Source of the DNA: Planctomycetota bacterium
Lineage (GTDB): Bacteria > Planctomycetota > UBA1135 > UBA2386
Length of the DNA: 64,000 nucleotides
Assembly (NCBI GenBank): GCA_046290465.1
Contig: JBKAGP010000001.1
Span: forward strand, 2,080,001-2,144,000
Direction: 5' to 3'
Under the pieces are notes generated by a model. The model was not told the origin of the DNA and did no database searches. It saw nothing but the letters and a program-made list of their open reading frames with translations. Each line of letters opens with the position of its first letter. Position 1 is the stretch's first letter. Position numbers and translations under genes: made by a program. Shown piece after piece: positions 24,029-34,594 of this stretch.

Positions 24029-24496
24029 ATGCCTGATCCACGCGCATCGCGCTGCCTCGCGCAGCGCACGCATGCCGTCTTGTTGTTTGCCACCCTGCTC
24101 GCCGCGTGCTCGAGCGGGCCCTACAAGACCAGGCTGATGGTGACCGGCGGGGACCGGCTGAACCCGACGTTCGACGACCAGCCGAGCGCGGTGCCGATCC
24201 GGATCGTGCAGCTGAAGGACAAGCAGGCGTTCCTGTCCGCGACCGAAGAAGAACTGTTCGGTGAGGACCTCAAGAAGCAGAGCTGGGTGATCGCCTACCA
24301 GGAGGGCAAGGTCCGGGTCTCGCTCGAGCGGGAGATCGAGATCGAGATCCAGCCCGAGGTCCGCTTCCTCGGCATCGTCGGCATGTTCAACGAGACGGAC
24401 GGCGAGTGGAAGGCGGTCATCGACTGCAACGACCTCGACGAGCAGAAGCTGGTGTTCGACGGCTACCGCTTCTCGGCGGAGCCGCGCGACTCCTAG
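24029..24496 (+). CDS. tssJ: T6SS lipoprotein TssJ
   Basis: Lipobox LLAA-C, LNP...PSAVPIRIVQLKD...FL...RFLGIVG...W; position before tssK. Confidence 0.85.
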   Translation: MPDPRASRCLAQRTHAVLLFATLLAACSSGPYKTRLMVTGGDRLNPTFDDQPSAVPIRIVQLKDKQAFLSATEEELFGEDLKKQSWVIAYQEGKVRVSLEREIEIEIQPEVRFLGIVGMFNETDGEWKAVIDCNDLDEQKLVFDGYRFSAEPRDS

Positions 24497-24527
24497 TCGC
24501 CAACCGTTCACGTCCCCAACCGTTCAC

Positions 24528-25850
24528 ATGAGCAACCAACATCGCGTCATCTGGGACGAGGGCATGATGCTCGCGCCACAGCACTTCCAGCAGTGGGAGC
24601 GCTGGATCGAGGGCGAGCTGCACGGCCGCGGCAAGGCCGACTCGACCTACGGCTGGGGCTTCACCGGCCTGACCCTGGATCCGGGCGCACTCGCCGGCGG
24701 CCAGCTGGCCGTGACCTGGTGCGCCGGCATCCTGCCGGACGGCACGTCGTTCTCGAGCCCGGACCGGGATCCACTGCCCGCGGCGATCGCGGCCGCCGAT
24801 GCGATCGACGACAAGGTCGGCAGCGCGCTGGTGCACCTGGCGGCACCCAAGGTGGTGCAGGGTTCGCCGGCATACGGCGAGGACCAGCACGCCCCCCGGC
24901 TGCGCAGCCGGCTGCGCGTCGTCGACGCGGCCCGCCCGGAGTCGGACCGTGAGATCGCCACGTCCCAGTTGAACCTCAGCCTGAGGCTCGACACCGAGGA
25001 CCTGTCGGGCTTCCGCACCATGCCGATCGCGCGCCTGGTCCGCTCGGCCGGCGGCGGGGTCGAGCTCGCCCCCGGCTTCGCCGCGCCGGCGCTGTCGCTC
25101 GACGCGTGCCCGCTGGCGCAGTCGGTCCTGCGGCAGACGTCGGGCATGCTGGCGCAGAAGTGGACCGAACTGTCCGGCAAGCGACGCGGCGCGGGCTCGG
25201 GCATGGCCGACGCGGCGGGCCTGCTGCTGCTGCACACCGCGGGCGAGAGCCTGCCGGCACTGCGCCACCTGGTCGAGAACGGCGGCGCCGGCGCCGAGGC
25301 TGCCTACCTGCAGCTCGCACGCCTGGCGGCGCAGCTGTGCACGTTCCACGCGACGATGTCGCCGGCGGAAGTTCCGATCTATCGCCACGAGGACGCCGGC
25401 CCGGCGTTCCGGGAACTCGGTGACATGCTCCAGGAACTGCTCGGCGACGCCGCCCCCAGCATGTGCGACACGATCCCGCTCGAGCGCGAGGGCGAGTCGC
25501 TGTTCTGGGCCCGCATCCCGTCCCCCAACATGTTCTCGGAGGGCAGCCTGTTCCTCTCGGTGCGCGCCGATGCGCCCGAAGAAGACGTCCAGGGGCGCTT
25601 CCCCAGCCTCACCAAGATCTCGGCGAAGGACCGGGTCCAGGACCTGCTGATGCGCGCCATCCCCGGCCTGCCGATCCGCTACGTGCCGCAACCGCCGGCC
25701 GCCATCCCGACGCAGACCGGGCGCGTGTACTTCCGCCTGGAGCCGGACGGCGACCACTTCGAGGCGATGCGGGCCTCGCTGACCGCCGCGATCCACGTGT
25801 CGCCTGGTCTCCCCGAACTCTCGATCGAGCTCCTCGCCGTGAAACAGTAG
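24528..25850 (+). CDS. tssK: T6SS baseplate subunit TssK
   Basis: VIWDEGMMLAPQHFQQ, YGWGF, GILPDG, AIPGLP...P...YFRL. Confidence 0.93.
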   Translation: MSNQHRVIWDEGMMLAPQHFQQWERWIEGELHGRGKADSTYGWGFTGLTLDPGALAGGQLAVTWCAGILPDGTSFSSPDRDPLPAAIAAADAIDDKVGSALVHLAAPKVVQGSPAYGEDQHAPRLRSRLRVVDAARPESDREIATSQLNLSLRLDTEDLSGFRTMPIARLVRSAGGGVELAPGFAAPALSLDACPLAQSVLRQTSGMLAQKWTELSGKRRGAGSGMADAAGLLLLHTAGESLPALRHLVENGGAGAEAAYLQLARLAAQLCTFHATMSPAEVPIYRHEDAGPAFRELGDMLQELLGDAAPSMCDTIPLEREGESLFWARIPSPNMFSEGSLFLSVRADAPEEDVQGRFPSLTKISAKDRVQDLLMRAIPGLPIRYVPQPPAAIPTQTGRVYFRLEPDGDHFEAMRASLTAAIHVSPGLPELSIELLAVKQ

Positions 25851-25959
25851 TCCGCCACACCCCTTCCCGATCGTCGCGATCCCGCAGCCATGCTGCCGTG
25901 GAGCCCGGAGCCCGCGGCGACGCGACCATCTCCTCGCCAGCGCCAGCAACCCGCCCTCG

Positions 25960-26682
25960 ATGACCGCTACCTCCACCCACGCCGGTAGCCCGGCCGGCAC
26001 CCCGGCTGGCACCCCGGACCGCACGTCGCTGTCGGCGCTGTGCAGCGACCTGTTCGCGTTCGCGTTGAGCCTGCGGACGTCGAAGGCTCCCGACGACTGC
26101 GACCGCCTCCAGGGCACCATCGCCGGCCTGCTCGAGAAGCTCAGCCAACGCGCCCGCGACGCCGGCGTCGACTCCGCCCAGCTCGATGCGGCCCGCTACG
26201 CGATCGTGGCGCTGCTGGACGAGACGGTGCTCGGCTCGCGATGGGAGCTGAAGACGCAGTGGATGAGCAAGCCGCTGCAGATGAGCTACTACGGCGACTT
26301 CACGGCCGGCGAGCAGTTCTACCAGCGCCTGGACGCGCTGATGCAGGACAAGCAGGCGAACGTCGCGGCGATCGAAGTCTACGCGCAGTGCCTGGCCGCG
26401 GGCTTTCGCGGCAAGCACGCCGACCTCGCCGGCATGCAGAAGATCGACGACCTGCTGGCGGAGTTGACCGGGCAGATCCGGCTGGTCCGCGGTGTCGAGG
26501 GGCGCGCGCTGTCGAAGCCGATGCAGCGCACCGAAGTGCTGCAGCAGGAGTCGCGCCAACTGCCGATCTGGGTCGTGGCGGCCGCCGGCGCCGGGCTCGC
26601 GCTGATCGTGTGGTTCGTGCTCGACAGCCTGCTCGCCGCAAAGGCCGCCGAGTTCCTGCGTTCGGGAGGAGCGGGCCGATGA
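25960..26682 (+). CDS. tssL: T6SS membrane subunit TssL/DotU
   Basis: ARYAIVALLDETVL, W...PLQ...AGEQFY, CLAAGFRGK, C-terminal TM helix. Confidence 0.92.
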   Translation: MTATSTHAGSPAGTPAGTPDRTSLSALCSDLFAFALSLRTSKAPDDCDRLQGTIAGLLEKLSQRARDAGVDSAQLDAARYAIVALLDETVLGSRWELKTQWMSKPLQMSYYGDFTAGEQFYQRLDALMQDKQANVAAIEVYAQCLAAGFRGKHADLAGMQKIDDLLAELTGQIRLVRGVEGRALSKPMQRTEVLQQESRQLPIWVVAAAGAGLALIVWFVLDSLLAAKAAEFLRSGGAGR

Positions 26683-29600
26683 AGAAGCTGCTCGCGATCG
26701 TCCTGCAGCCCCCGATCCCGCAGATCGTCGGCCTGCTGCTACTCAGCGCCATCATCTACTTCGGCGGCAACGCGCTGCGCGCCTGGCACGGCCTCGGCTC
26801 GGGCACGCTGCTGCTGCTGGTCGGCGGCGTCTGGTTGCTCGCCGTGCTGGTGTTCGTGTGGCGCCGGTGGCGGTCCGCCAAGCGCGCACGCATGATCGAG
26901 GATCGGCTGCGCGGCCAGGCGCGCGAGCACATCGAGTCGATCCGGCCCGACAAGCGCAGCCAGGTCGAGGAGCTGGAGCAGCAGCTCGCCACCGCGATCA
27001 CGACGCTGAAGAACAGCAAGCTCGGCAAGGGCGCCCTGTACGAACTGCCGTGGTACGTGATCATCGGCCCGCCGGGTTCCGGCAAGACCACGCTGCTGCG
27101 CGAATCCAACCTGAGCTTCCCCGACCAGACGCACGGGCGCGGGGTGCGCGGGGTCGGCGGCACCCGCAACTGCGACTGGTGGTTCACCGACCAGGGCATC
27201 CTGCTGGACACCGCCGGCCGCTACACGACCCAGGACGAGGACAAGGGTGAGTGGCTGCAGTTCCTGTCGATGCTCAAGAAGTCGCGCGCGCGCAAGCCGA
27301 TCAACGGCGCGATCATCGCGATCAGCATCGCCGACATCGCGACCGGCAGCGACGAGCAGCTCGCCGAGCACGCGCGCAAGGTGCGCGAGCGGCTGGCCGA
27401 GCTGACCCAGAAGCTCGAGGTCGTGTTCCCGGTCTACCTCCTGTTCAGCAAGTGCGACCTGCTCGACGGCTTCGTCGAGACGTTCGGCGGCTACGGCCAG
27501 AAGGAACGCGCCCAGACCTGGGGCTTCACGATGCCCTACCTGCACACGGGCGACGGCGACCTGGCGCAGCGCTTCGACCGCGAGTTCGACGACCTGATGG
27601 CACGTCTGTCGGTCGAGCGCCTGCAGACGCTGGGCGCGGCCAGGTCGCAGGCGAAGAAGGCCAAGATCTTCTCGTTCCCGCTGCAGTTCGCCGGCGTGCG
27701 CGACCGGGTGCGCGCGTTCTTGACGCAGCTGCAGCAGGCCAACCCCTACCATGAGAGCTCGGACCTGCGCGGCGTGTTCTTCACCAGCGGCACGCAGGAG
27801 GGGCAGCCGTTCGACCAGGTGCTGGCCGGCATGCGCGAGGCGTGCGGGCTCGAACTCGACCCGGACACGGGCTCGGACGAGGAGGTCGACAAGAAGGCCT
27901 ACTTCATCGACGAGCTGTTCACCGACGTCGTGTTCGGCGACAAGGAGCTGGCGCGCTCGTCCACGGCCGCGGAGAAGCGGCGCGCGACGATCCGCAGGGC
28001 TGGTCTGTTCGGCTCGATCGCGGCGACCGTGGCGCTGTGCGTCTGGATCGTCGTCGCCTACACCGGGCACAGCAGCCTGATCGAACGCAGCATCGCCGCC
28101 TACACCGCGGCCGATCGCGAGTTCACGGCCGACGACTTCGCCGACGAGGAGCGCCTGGCCAAGGGCACCGGGGGCGCCTTCGACCAGCTGCGCAAGGTGT
28201 TCGTCGAACTCGACGAGAGCTACGGCTCGGTCGGCAGCTACCTGATGGGTCAGGGCAACAACCTCTACGACCGTCGCATCCGGCCGCGCTACGTCGAACA
28301 CGTCTTCGACACGTTCGTGCGACCGCTGCAGGACCGGCATGCCGAGAGCCTGCAGCGCGCCATCGACGACGCCGGCGAGGGGCGCGATGCCGCCGGCCTG
28401 AAGGACGAGCTGATGGCCTACAGCATGCTCGGTGGCCGGCTGACGATCGATCGCGAGTGGCTCGAGGGCTACCTGATCGGATCGCGCTGGACCTGGACCC
28501 CCGGCAAGCAGATCGAGGCCTGTCGCGTGCACCGCCAGGCGTTCCTCGAACGCATCGCCGAGCCGGGCTACAGCGACTGGACCTACCTGCCGCGCGAAGA
28601 GGTCCTGCAGCCGGCCGAGGCCCTGTGGCTCGAACAGGACGGGCTGCGCAAGACCGTCGAGGACCTGCGCAAGCGCCAGGGACTCGACCAGGCCGTCTCG
28701 GCGGCCGAGCTGCTCAACCATCCGGACAAGGAACTCGTCGACAAGAGCGTCTCGGTGACCCAGGGCGCGCTGCGCCCCGGCGCCATCGACGAGGTGCTCG
28801 ACACCACCGCCGAGCAGCGCGGCGACGGCACCGCCGCCGAACTCAAGTCGATCGACCGACAGGTGGCGATCCAGCAGCTGCTGCGGGCGCTCGCCGAGTT
28901 CCGCCCGGCGCAGAAGGCCAACCTGCGCGAAGCCAACGAGGTCCTGCTGCAGCTGACGACCAACCCGGAGAGCGGCGTCTACGCCGAGCACTTCGAGAAC
29001 ATCCGCGCGCGCCTCGAATCGCTCGGTGTCGACTGCCCTGCCGGTGACAACGCCTGGCTGGTCGAGACGGTCAAGGAGATCGGCACGCTGCACGAGCCGA
29101 TCCAGGCACTGACGACACGGCCGCGCCTGCAGCGGATCGTCGCCGACGCGACCTCGGACAAGCAGGTCGAGCTGATCGTCGCCGAGATGCTGCGCATCGC
29201 GGAGGTGATCCGCAAGCGCACCAAGGAGGCGCCCGACGCGATCCGCTCGCAGAGCCTGCAACTGCTCAGCAACCTGCTCGGTTCGGTGCAGGACGCGCTC
29301 GCCGGCGAGATCATCAGCGAGACCAACACCACCTGGCGCAACGGCGTCGGCGACCGCCTGCGCGAGTTCTCGATGCGCTTTCCGTTCACCCCGGACGCCG
29401 ACGACTCGGTCGACCCGGGTGCGTTCGACGAGGTGTTCGCCAAGGGCACCGGCGCGTTCGACCAGGCGATGGAGTGGATCCGTTTCCTCGAAGGGCAGCT
29501 CACGATGCTGCAGCGGGGCCGCCCGACCAAGGAGCACAAGGCCGACCGGCGCAAGGTCGAAGCCATCCAACGGGCCCTGTTCTCGGGTGCCGAGACCGGC

Positions 29601-30038
29601 TGCGACATCGACTTCGTGCTGATGCCGCTCGGCGACGCCAGCGCCGTGCACTTCCTGCTCGGCAGGAACGAACCGCTGATCGCGCGTCGCAAGGTCGAGA
29701 AGACCTTCGCGTGGGTCCCGGCCGCCGACGCCGCGATCGAGATCAAGGGCTTCTCGATGCAGGGCAACGACAAGGGCGTCGACGCGGCGTTCGAGTGCGA
29801 CGGCAACTGGGGCTTCATCCGCATGCTGAGCGTCGGCAAGCGCGGCGAAGGCACCGGGCGCTACGAAGGCTTTTTGACCTGCGAGTGGGACCAGTTCCTG
29901 GTCGACGGCGAACCGCTGCTGTCGAGCACCGGGCGCGCCCGCGCCGCGCTGCTGTTCAAGACCACCGCCGAACCCAACCCGCTCGAGCAGGGGTTCTTCA
30001 CGCACGCGTTCACGCGGGAGGTCTTCGGTGCGCGCTAG
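26679..30038 (+). CDS. tssM: T6SS membrane subunit TssM/IcmF
   Basis: ATG at 26679 (ATGA overlap). LPWYVIIGPPGSGKTT, CDWWFT, DTAGRY, FPVYLLFSKCDLLDGF, LRGVFFTSGTQEG. Confidence 0.95.
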   Translation: MKKLLAIVLQPPIPQIVGLLLLSAIIYFGGNALRAWHGLGSGTLLLLVGGVWLLAVLVFVWRRWRSAKRARMIEDRLRGQAREHIESIRPDKRSQVEELEQQLATAITTLKNSKLGKGALYELPWYVIIGPPGSGKTTLLRESNLSFPDQTHGRGVRGVGGTRNCDWWFTDQGILLDTAGRYTTQDEDKGEWLQFLSMLKKSRARKPINGAIIAISIADIATGSDEQLAEHARKVRERLAELTQKLEVVFPVYLLFSKCDLLDGFVETFGGYGQKERAQTWGFTMPYLHTGDGDLAQRFDREFDDLMARLSVERLQTLGAARSQAKKAKIFSFPLQFAGVRDRVRAFLTQLQQANPYHESSDLRGVFFTSGTQEGQPFDQVLAGMREACGLELDPDTGSDEEVDKKAYFIDELFTDVVFGDKELARSSTAAEKRRATIRRAGLFGSIAATVALCVWIVVAYTGHSSLIERSIAAYTAADREFTADDFADEERLAKGTGGAFDQLRKVFVELDESYGSVGSYLMGQGNNLYDRRIRPRYVEHVFDTFVRPLQDRHAESLQRAIDDAGEGRDAAGLKDELMAYSMLGGRLTIDREWLEGYLIGSRWTWTPGKQIEACRVHRQAFLERIAEPGYSDWTYLPREEVLQPAEALWLEQDGLRKTVEDLRKRQGLDQAVSAAELLNHPDKELVDKSVSVTQGALRPGAIDEVLDTTAEQRGDGTAAELKSIDRQVAIQQLLRALAEFRPAQKANLREANEVLLQLTTNPESGVYAEHFENIRARLESLGVDCPAGDNAWLVETVKEIGTLHEPIQALTTRPRLQRIVADATSDKQVELIVAEMLRIAEVIRKRTKEAPDAIRSQSLQLLSNLLGSVQDALAGEIISETNTTWRNGVGDRLREFSMRFPFTPDADDSVDPGAFDEVFAKGTGAFDQAMEWIRFLEGQLTMLQRGRPTKEHKADRRKVEAIQRALFSGAETGCDIDFVLMPLGDASAVHFLLGRNEPLIARRKVEKTFAWVPAADAAIEIKGFSMQGNDKGVDAAFECDGNWGFIRMLSVGKRGEGTGRYEGFLTCEWDQFLVDGEPLLSSTGRARAALLFKTTAEPNPLEQGFFTHAFTREVFGAR

Positions 30039-30933
30039 CCATCAGGCCCGCACGATCTGCTTCGGCAAGCTGCCGATCGCCGGCGACTTCCTGCGCGGCG
30101 ACGGCGCGGCGCCCGAGTTCCGCGAGCTCGACGACTGGATCCAGCACGGCATGTACGACAGCCAGCAGCGCGTCGGCGCAGACTGGCAACAACGATTCGA
30201 CGCGCTGCCGCGGGGCCGCTTCGTCTGGACCGAGAGCAGGAACAAGGGCACGGTGATCGCCGGCTTCTGGCAATCGTCGCAGGACGGCGTCGGCCGCCGC
30301 TATCCGTTCCTGCTCGCGGTGCGCCTGCCGAAGGTCGACGCCGACCACGTGTCGGCGGTACCGTTCGCGATCGCCGACTGGGAGGTCGGCGCGCGCCAGC
30401 TGCTCGACTCGCGATTCGAGGGACTCGACGTCGTGCGCGCGATCGAGACGGCGCAGGCCCTGCCGTGCGAGCCCGACTGGGCGGCGGCGTGCAGCCGCCG
30501 CGATGCCGCCCTGCGCGAGCGCGAGGCCGAGCGTTCGTGGAACGGCCACGACGACCTGCCCGAGCTGCTGCTGCACGACCTGGAACAGGTCTCGCGGCAA
30601 CAGAGCCCGCCGCGCTACAGCCTGCGCTGGCGCTGCGGCAGCGACGCCGCGGACGTCGCGTTCTGGCTGGAGGCGATGCACCGCTTCGGCGCGACGCCGC
30701 GGCTCTTGCAGTGGGACGGCTCCGGCGTCGCCCGCGCCGCCCTGTGCCCGCTGCAGCCGCGCCTGTTCGCCGGCATGGCGCTGCCGACGCTCGACGACGA
30801 CGACGCCTACGACATGGGCCGCAACGGCGGCGAAGACCCCCGCACCCACGCGGCGAAGCAACGCTTCGCCGCCGCCGTGCGGGCCGACGACCAGGCGCAT
30901 GCCCTGGCCGCGCTGCCGCAAGGAGGGCGCTGA
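30028..30933 (+). CDS. tagF: T6SS-associated protein TagF
   Basis: FGKLPIAGDF, LDDW, SQDGVGRRYPF. Confidence 0.88.
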   Translation: MRASHQARTICFGKLPIAGDFLRGDGAAPEFRELDDWIQHGMYDSQQRVGADWQQRFDALPRGRFVWTESRNKGTVIAGFWQSSQDGVGRRYPFLLAVRLPKVDADHVSAVPFAIADWEVGARQLLDSRFEGLDVVRAIETAQALPCEPDWAAACSRRDAALREREAERSWNGHDDLPELLLHDLEQVSRQQSPPRYSLRWRCGSDAADVAFWLEAMHRFGATPRLLQWDGSGVARAALCPLQPRLFAGMALPTLDDDDAYDMGRNGGEDPRTHAAKQRFAAAVRADDQAHALAALPQGGR

Positions 30934-32504
30934 TGGACCTCGACGCGATCCGCGCGCTGGGCTCGCAGGGCGTCTCCGACGCCGCGCCCGCCGGAGAATC
31001 GGTGCGCTACGAACCCGAGTTCGAGCAGCTATCGGCGGAGATCGAGAAGCTCGCCGGCGTCGAACAAGTCCCGGTCGAGTGGCGCATCGTCAACGAGCTC
31101 GCCACCGGGCTGCTGCGTAGCAAAGGCAAGGACCTGCTGGTCGGCAGCTACCTCGCGTTCGGCCTGTTCGACAAGCACGGCTACCAGGGCCTGGCCGCCG
31201 GCATCGACGTGCTCAACGGCCTGGTCGACAACTTCTGGGAGGGCTGCTTCCCCGAGCTGCGCCGGTTGCGCGCGCGCATCAACGCGCTCGAATGGCTCGA
31301 CGGCCGCCTCGAGAAGGCGCTGGCGACCGTGCCCGATCCCTCGGATGGCGACCGCGAGGCGCTGCAGGCCTGCATCGCCGGCCTGTCGAAGCTGATCGAG
31401 GACCCGGCGGGCCGCTTCGGCGACGAAGGCCCCAATCTCGGCCCCGCGCGCCGCGGCCTGAAGGGCAAGCTCGACCTGATCCCGGAGCCCCAGCCAGAGC
31501 CCCAGCCGGAGCCCCAGCCCCAGCCGGAGCAGGCCCCCACAGCCGCTCCCGCCGAGGCGGCTCCCGCCGCCGCAGCGCCGCCGCCGCCGCCACCTCCCCC
31601 GCCGGAGCCCGAGCCGGCCGAGACACCCGAGTCCGTGCTCGAAGCGCTCGGCAGGTTCCGCCAGCAGGAGATCGAATACAGCAACGTGCTGCGCGAAGCC
31701 GACCCGGCCGACCCGCGCGCGTTCCTGCTGCTGCGCGAGGGCGTGTGGAACGAACAGACGCTCGCCGATCGCGACCGCGAGTCGACCGGCGGCGACGAGT
31801 TCGTCCGGATCCAGCAGGCCGAGCTCGACGACGGCGGCTACGACGACGTGCTGGAGCGCGTCGAGAAGCTGCTGCTCGAACACCCGCTGTGGCTGGACCT
31901 GCAGCTCTTGTGTGTCCAGGCCCTCGAGGGCATGGGTCGCAAGTACCGCAAGGCGCACGCCGCCGTGCTCGCGTCGCTGTCGTTCTTGCTGAGGAGGCAT
32001 CCCGAGCTGCTCGAGGCCAACAACCACAAGGGCGAGGCCTTCGCCAGCGACGCCGTGCGCGTCTGGATCGCGAACGAGGTGCTGGTCGGCGACGACGACG
32101 GCGACCAGCCGGCGGGCGACGACGTCAGCGGCGAAGCCCGCAAGCTGGTCGCGCGCGGGCAGCTCGGGGAGGCGATGCGGTTGCTGACGCAGCGCATCGA
32201 GATGACCGCCAGCCGCCGCGGCCGCTTCGTGCTGCGTCTGGACCTGGCCCAGATCTGCATCGAGGCCGGCCGCATGGAACTCGCCGTTCCGCAGCTGGAG
32301 CAATTGGAACAGGAGGTCGCGCACTTCTCGCTCGAGGAGTGGGAGCCCGACCTCGCCACCAGAGTCGTTCGTTCGCTGTGGCAGTGCGCTTCGGGCAAGA
32401 GCCCGGTCGCGTCGCTCGCCGAACGCAGCAAGGACATCTATGCGCGTCTGTGCCGACTGGACCCGGCCGCCGCAGTATCCGCCCCAGGTCCGCAAGGAGA
32501 TTGA
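30933..32504 (+). CDS. tssA: T6SS protein TssA (ImpA_N, Pro-rich linker, C-terminal domain)
   Basis: PAGESVRYEPEF, W...KDLLV, FWEGCFP...RARINALEW, PEPQ linker, PLWLDLQ, LEEWEP, LCRLDP. Confidence 0.88.
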   Translation: MDLDAIRALGSQGVSDAAPAGESVRYEPEFEQLSAEIEKLAGVEQVPVEWRIVNELATGLLRSKGKDLLVGSYLAFGLFDKHGYQGLAAGIDVLNGLVDNFWEGCFPELRRLRARINALEWLDGRLEKALATVPDPSDGDREALQACIAGLSKLIEDPAGRFGDEGPNLGPARRGLKGKLDLIPEPQPEPQPEPQPQPEQAPTAAPAEAAPAAAAPPPPPPPPPEPEPAETPESVLEALGRFRQQEIEYSNVLREADPADPRAFLLLREGVWNEQTLADRDRESTGGDEFVRIQQAELDDGGYDDVLERVEKLLLEHPLWLDLQLLCVQALEGMGRKYRKAHAAVLASLSFLLRRHPELLEANNHKGEAFASDAVRVWIANEVLVGDDDGDQPAGDDVSGEARKLVARGQLGEAMRLLTQRIEMTASRRGRFVLRLDLAQICIEAGRMELAVPQLEQLEQEVAHFSLEEWEPDLATRVVRSLWQCASGKSPVASLAERSKDIYARLCRLDPAAAVSAPGPQGD

Positions 32505-32506
32505 TC

Positions 32507-33022
32507 ATGGCCAAGGATGGCTCCGTAGCACCTCGCGAGAGGATCAACATCAAGTATCGCCCGGCGACGGGCGACGCGACCGAAGAGAAGGAACTGCCGC
32601 TGAAGTTGCTGATGCTCGGCGACTACACGATGCGCAACGACGAGACGCCTCTCGAGGAGCGCAAGCCGGTCCAGATCGACAAGGACAACTACAACGACGT
32701 CATGCGGGGGATGAACCTCAAGCTCGACGTCAACGTCAAGGACACCCTGTCCGGCAAGGACGACGAGGAGCTGGCGGCGAACCTGAAGTTCGAGAGCCTG
32801 AAGGACTTCGGCCCCGAGTCGATCGCCAACCAGGTGCCCGAACTGCAGCAACTGCTGGCGCTGCGAGAAGCGCTGGTCGCGCTCAAGGGTCCGCTCGGCA
32901 ACATGCAGGGCTTCCGCAAGAAGATCCAATCGATCCTGACGGACGACGAGAGCCGCGAGAAGCTGCTCGGCGAGATCCGCAAGGGTGACGACGGCGCCGG
33001 CGACGGCGGCGGTGACAACTGA
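32507..33022 (+). CDS. tssB: T6SS contractile sheath small subunit TssB/VipA
   Basis: MAKDGSVAPRERINIKY...ELPLKLLMLGDY...DFGPESIANQVPEL...LREAL. Confidence 0.95.
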   Translation: MAKDGSVAPRERINIKYRPATGDATEEKELPLKLLMLGDYTMRNDETPLEERKPVQIDKDNYNDVMRGMNLKLDVNVKDTLSGKDDEELAANLKFESLKDFGPESIANQVPELQQLLALREALVALKGPLGNMQGFRKKIQSILTDDESREKLLGEIRKGDDGAGDGGGDN

Positions 33023-33039
33023 TTCTCGGAGACAGCACG

Positions 33040-34527
33040 ATGAGCGAAGAACAGAAGAACGAATCGCAGCAACCCGAAGCTGCCGAAGCCCAGGGCTTCT
33101 CGCTGCTCGACGAGATCATGGAGCAGACCAAGATGTCGCCGGACGACGAGAGCTACGCCGTCGCCCGCCGCGGCGTCGAGGCCTTCATCGGCGAGATGCT
33201 CGCGCCCAAGAGCGCCTACGAGAAGGCCGACAAGACGGCCGTCGACCAGATGATCGCGGAGATCGACCGCAAGCTGAGCGGCCAGATCGACGAGATCCTG
33301 CACCACAAGGACGTGCAGAAGCTCGAGTCCGCCTGGCGCGGTCTCAAGTTCGTGATCGACCGCACCGACTTCCGCGAGGGCAACAAGGTCGAGCTGCTGA
33401 ACATCAGCAAGGAGCAGCTGCTCGAGGACTTCGAGGACAGCCCCGAGGTCGTCCGGTCGGGCCTCTACAAGCTCGCCTACACGGCCGAATACGGCCAGTT
33501 CGGCGGCGAGCCGTACGCCGCGATGATCAGCAACTACGACTTCGGCCCCGGCGCCCAGGACGTCGCGCTGCTGCAGAACTGCGCCAGCGTGGCGTCGATG
33601 GCGCACGCGCCGTTCATCGCCGCCGCCGGCCCGAAGTTCTTCGGGCTCGACGACGACTTCCAGGGCCTCGCCAACCTGAAGGACCTCGACTCGGTGTTCG
33701 AGGGCCCGCAGTACACCAAGTGGAACTCGTTCCGCGAGTCCGAGGACGCGCGCTACGTCGGGCTGACCGCGCCGCGCTTCCTGCTGCGCACCCCCTATGG
33801 AGAAGACAACCCGGTCAAGGCGTTCGACTACAAGGAGAGCGTCGACTCGGGTCACAACAGCTACCTGTGGGGCAACACCGCGTTCGCGTTCGCGACCAAG
33901 CTGACCGAGAGCTTCGCCCAGTACCGCTGGTGCCCGAACATCATCGGTCCGCAGTCGGGTGGCGCGGTCGAGGACCTGCCGCTGCACCAGTACGAGGCCA
34001 ACGGCGCGACCGAGACCAAGATCCCGACCGAGCTGCTGATCTCCGAGCGTCGTGAGTACGAGCTCGCCGAGCAGGGGTTCATCCCGCTGTCGATGCGCAA
34101 GGGCAGCGACAACGCCTGCTTCTTCTCCGCCAACTCGACGCAGAAGGCCAAGTCGTTCGGCACCAGCAAGGAGGGCAAGGAGGCCGAACTCAACTACCGC
34201 CTCGGCACCCAGCTGCCCTACATGTTCGTGATCAACCGACTGGCACACTACATCAAGGTGCTCCAGCGCGAGCAGATCGGCAGCGCCAAGGACCGAAGTG
34301 GCCTCGAGCGCGAACTCAACAGCTGGCTGTCGCAGTACGTCGTCGAGGACGACAACCCGTCGCCGGACGTGCGGGCGCGCCGTCCGCTGCGCGAGGCCAA
34401 GATCCTGGTCGAGGACGTCGAGGGTGAGCCGGGCTGGTACCGGGTGCGCATGCAGGTCCGGCCTCACTTCAAGTACATGGGCGCGATGTTCACGCTGTCC
34501 ATGGTCGGCAAGCTCGACAAGGACTGA
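33040..34527 (+). CDS. tssC: T6SS contractile sheath large subunit TssC/VipB
   Basis: ILHH...LESAWRGL, EYGQFGGEP, AHAPF, YLWGN, GPQSGG, PLREA, VRPHF. Confidence 0.97.
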   Translation: MSEEQKNESQQPEAAEAQGFSLLDEIMEQTKMSPDDESYAVARRGVEAFIGEMLAPKSAYEKADKTAVDQMIAEIDRKLSGQIDEILHHKDVQKLESAWRGLKFVIDRTDFREGNKVELLNISKEQLLEDFEDSPEVVRSGLYKLAYTAEYGQFGGEPYAAMISNYDFGPGAQDVALLQNCASVASMAHAPFIAAAGPKFFGLDDDFQGLANLKDLDSVFEGPQYTKWNSFRESEDARYVGLTAPRFLLRTPYGEDNPVKAFDYKESVDSGHNSYLWGNTAFAFATKLTESFAQYRWCPNIIGPQSGGAVEDLPLHQYEANGATETKIPTELLISERREYELAEQGFIPLSMRKGSDNACFFSANSTQKAKSFGTSKEGKEAELNYRLGTQLPYMFVINRLAHYIKVLQREQIGSAKDRSGLERELNSWLSQYVVEDDNPSPDVRARRPLREAKILVEDVEGEPGWYRVRMQVRPHFKYMGAMFTLSMVGKLDKD

Positions 34528-34542
34528 TGCGGCTGCAACGCG

Positions 34543-34594
34543 GCCGGGACGGGACCGTTACCCCTCGCACCTGCGAGAGGGTCCCGCTCCCGGC
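34543..34594 (+). promoter_or_regulatory. long stem-loop in tssC-hcp intergenic region
   Basis: GCCGGGA-CGGGACC...CTCGCA-CC-TGCGAG...GGTCCCG-C-TCCCGGC nested complementarity. Confidence 0.45.
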
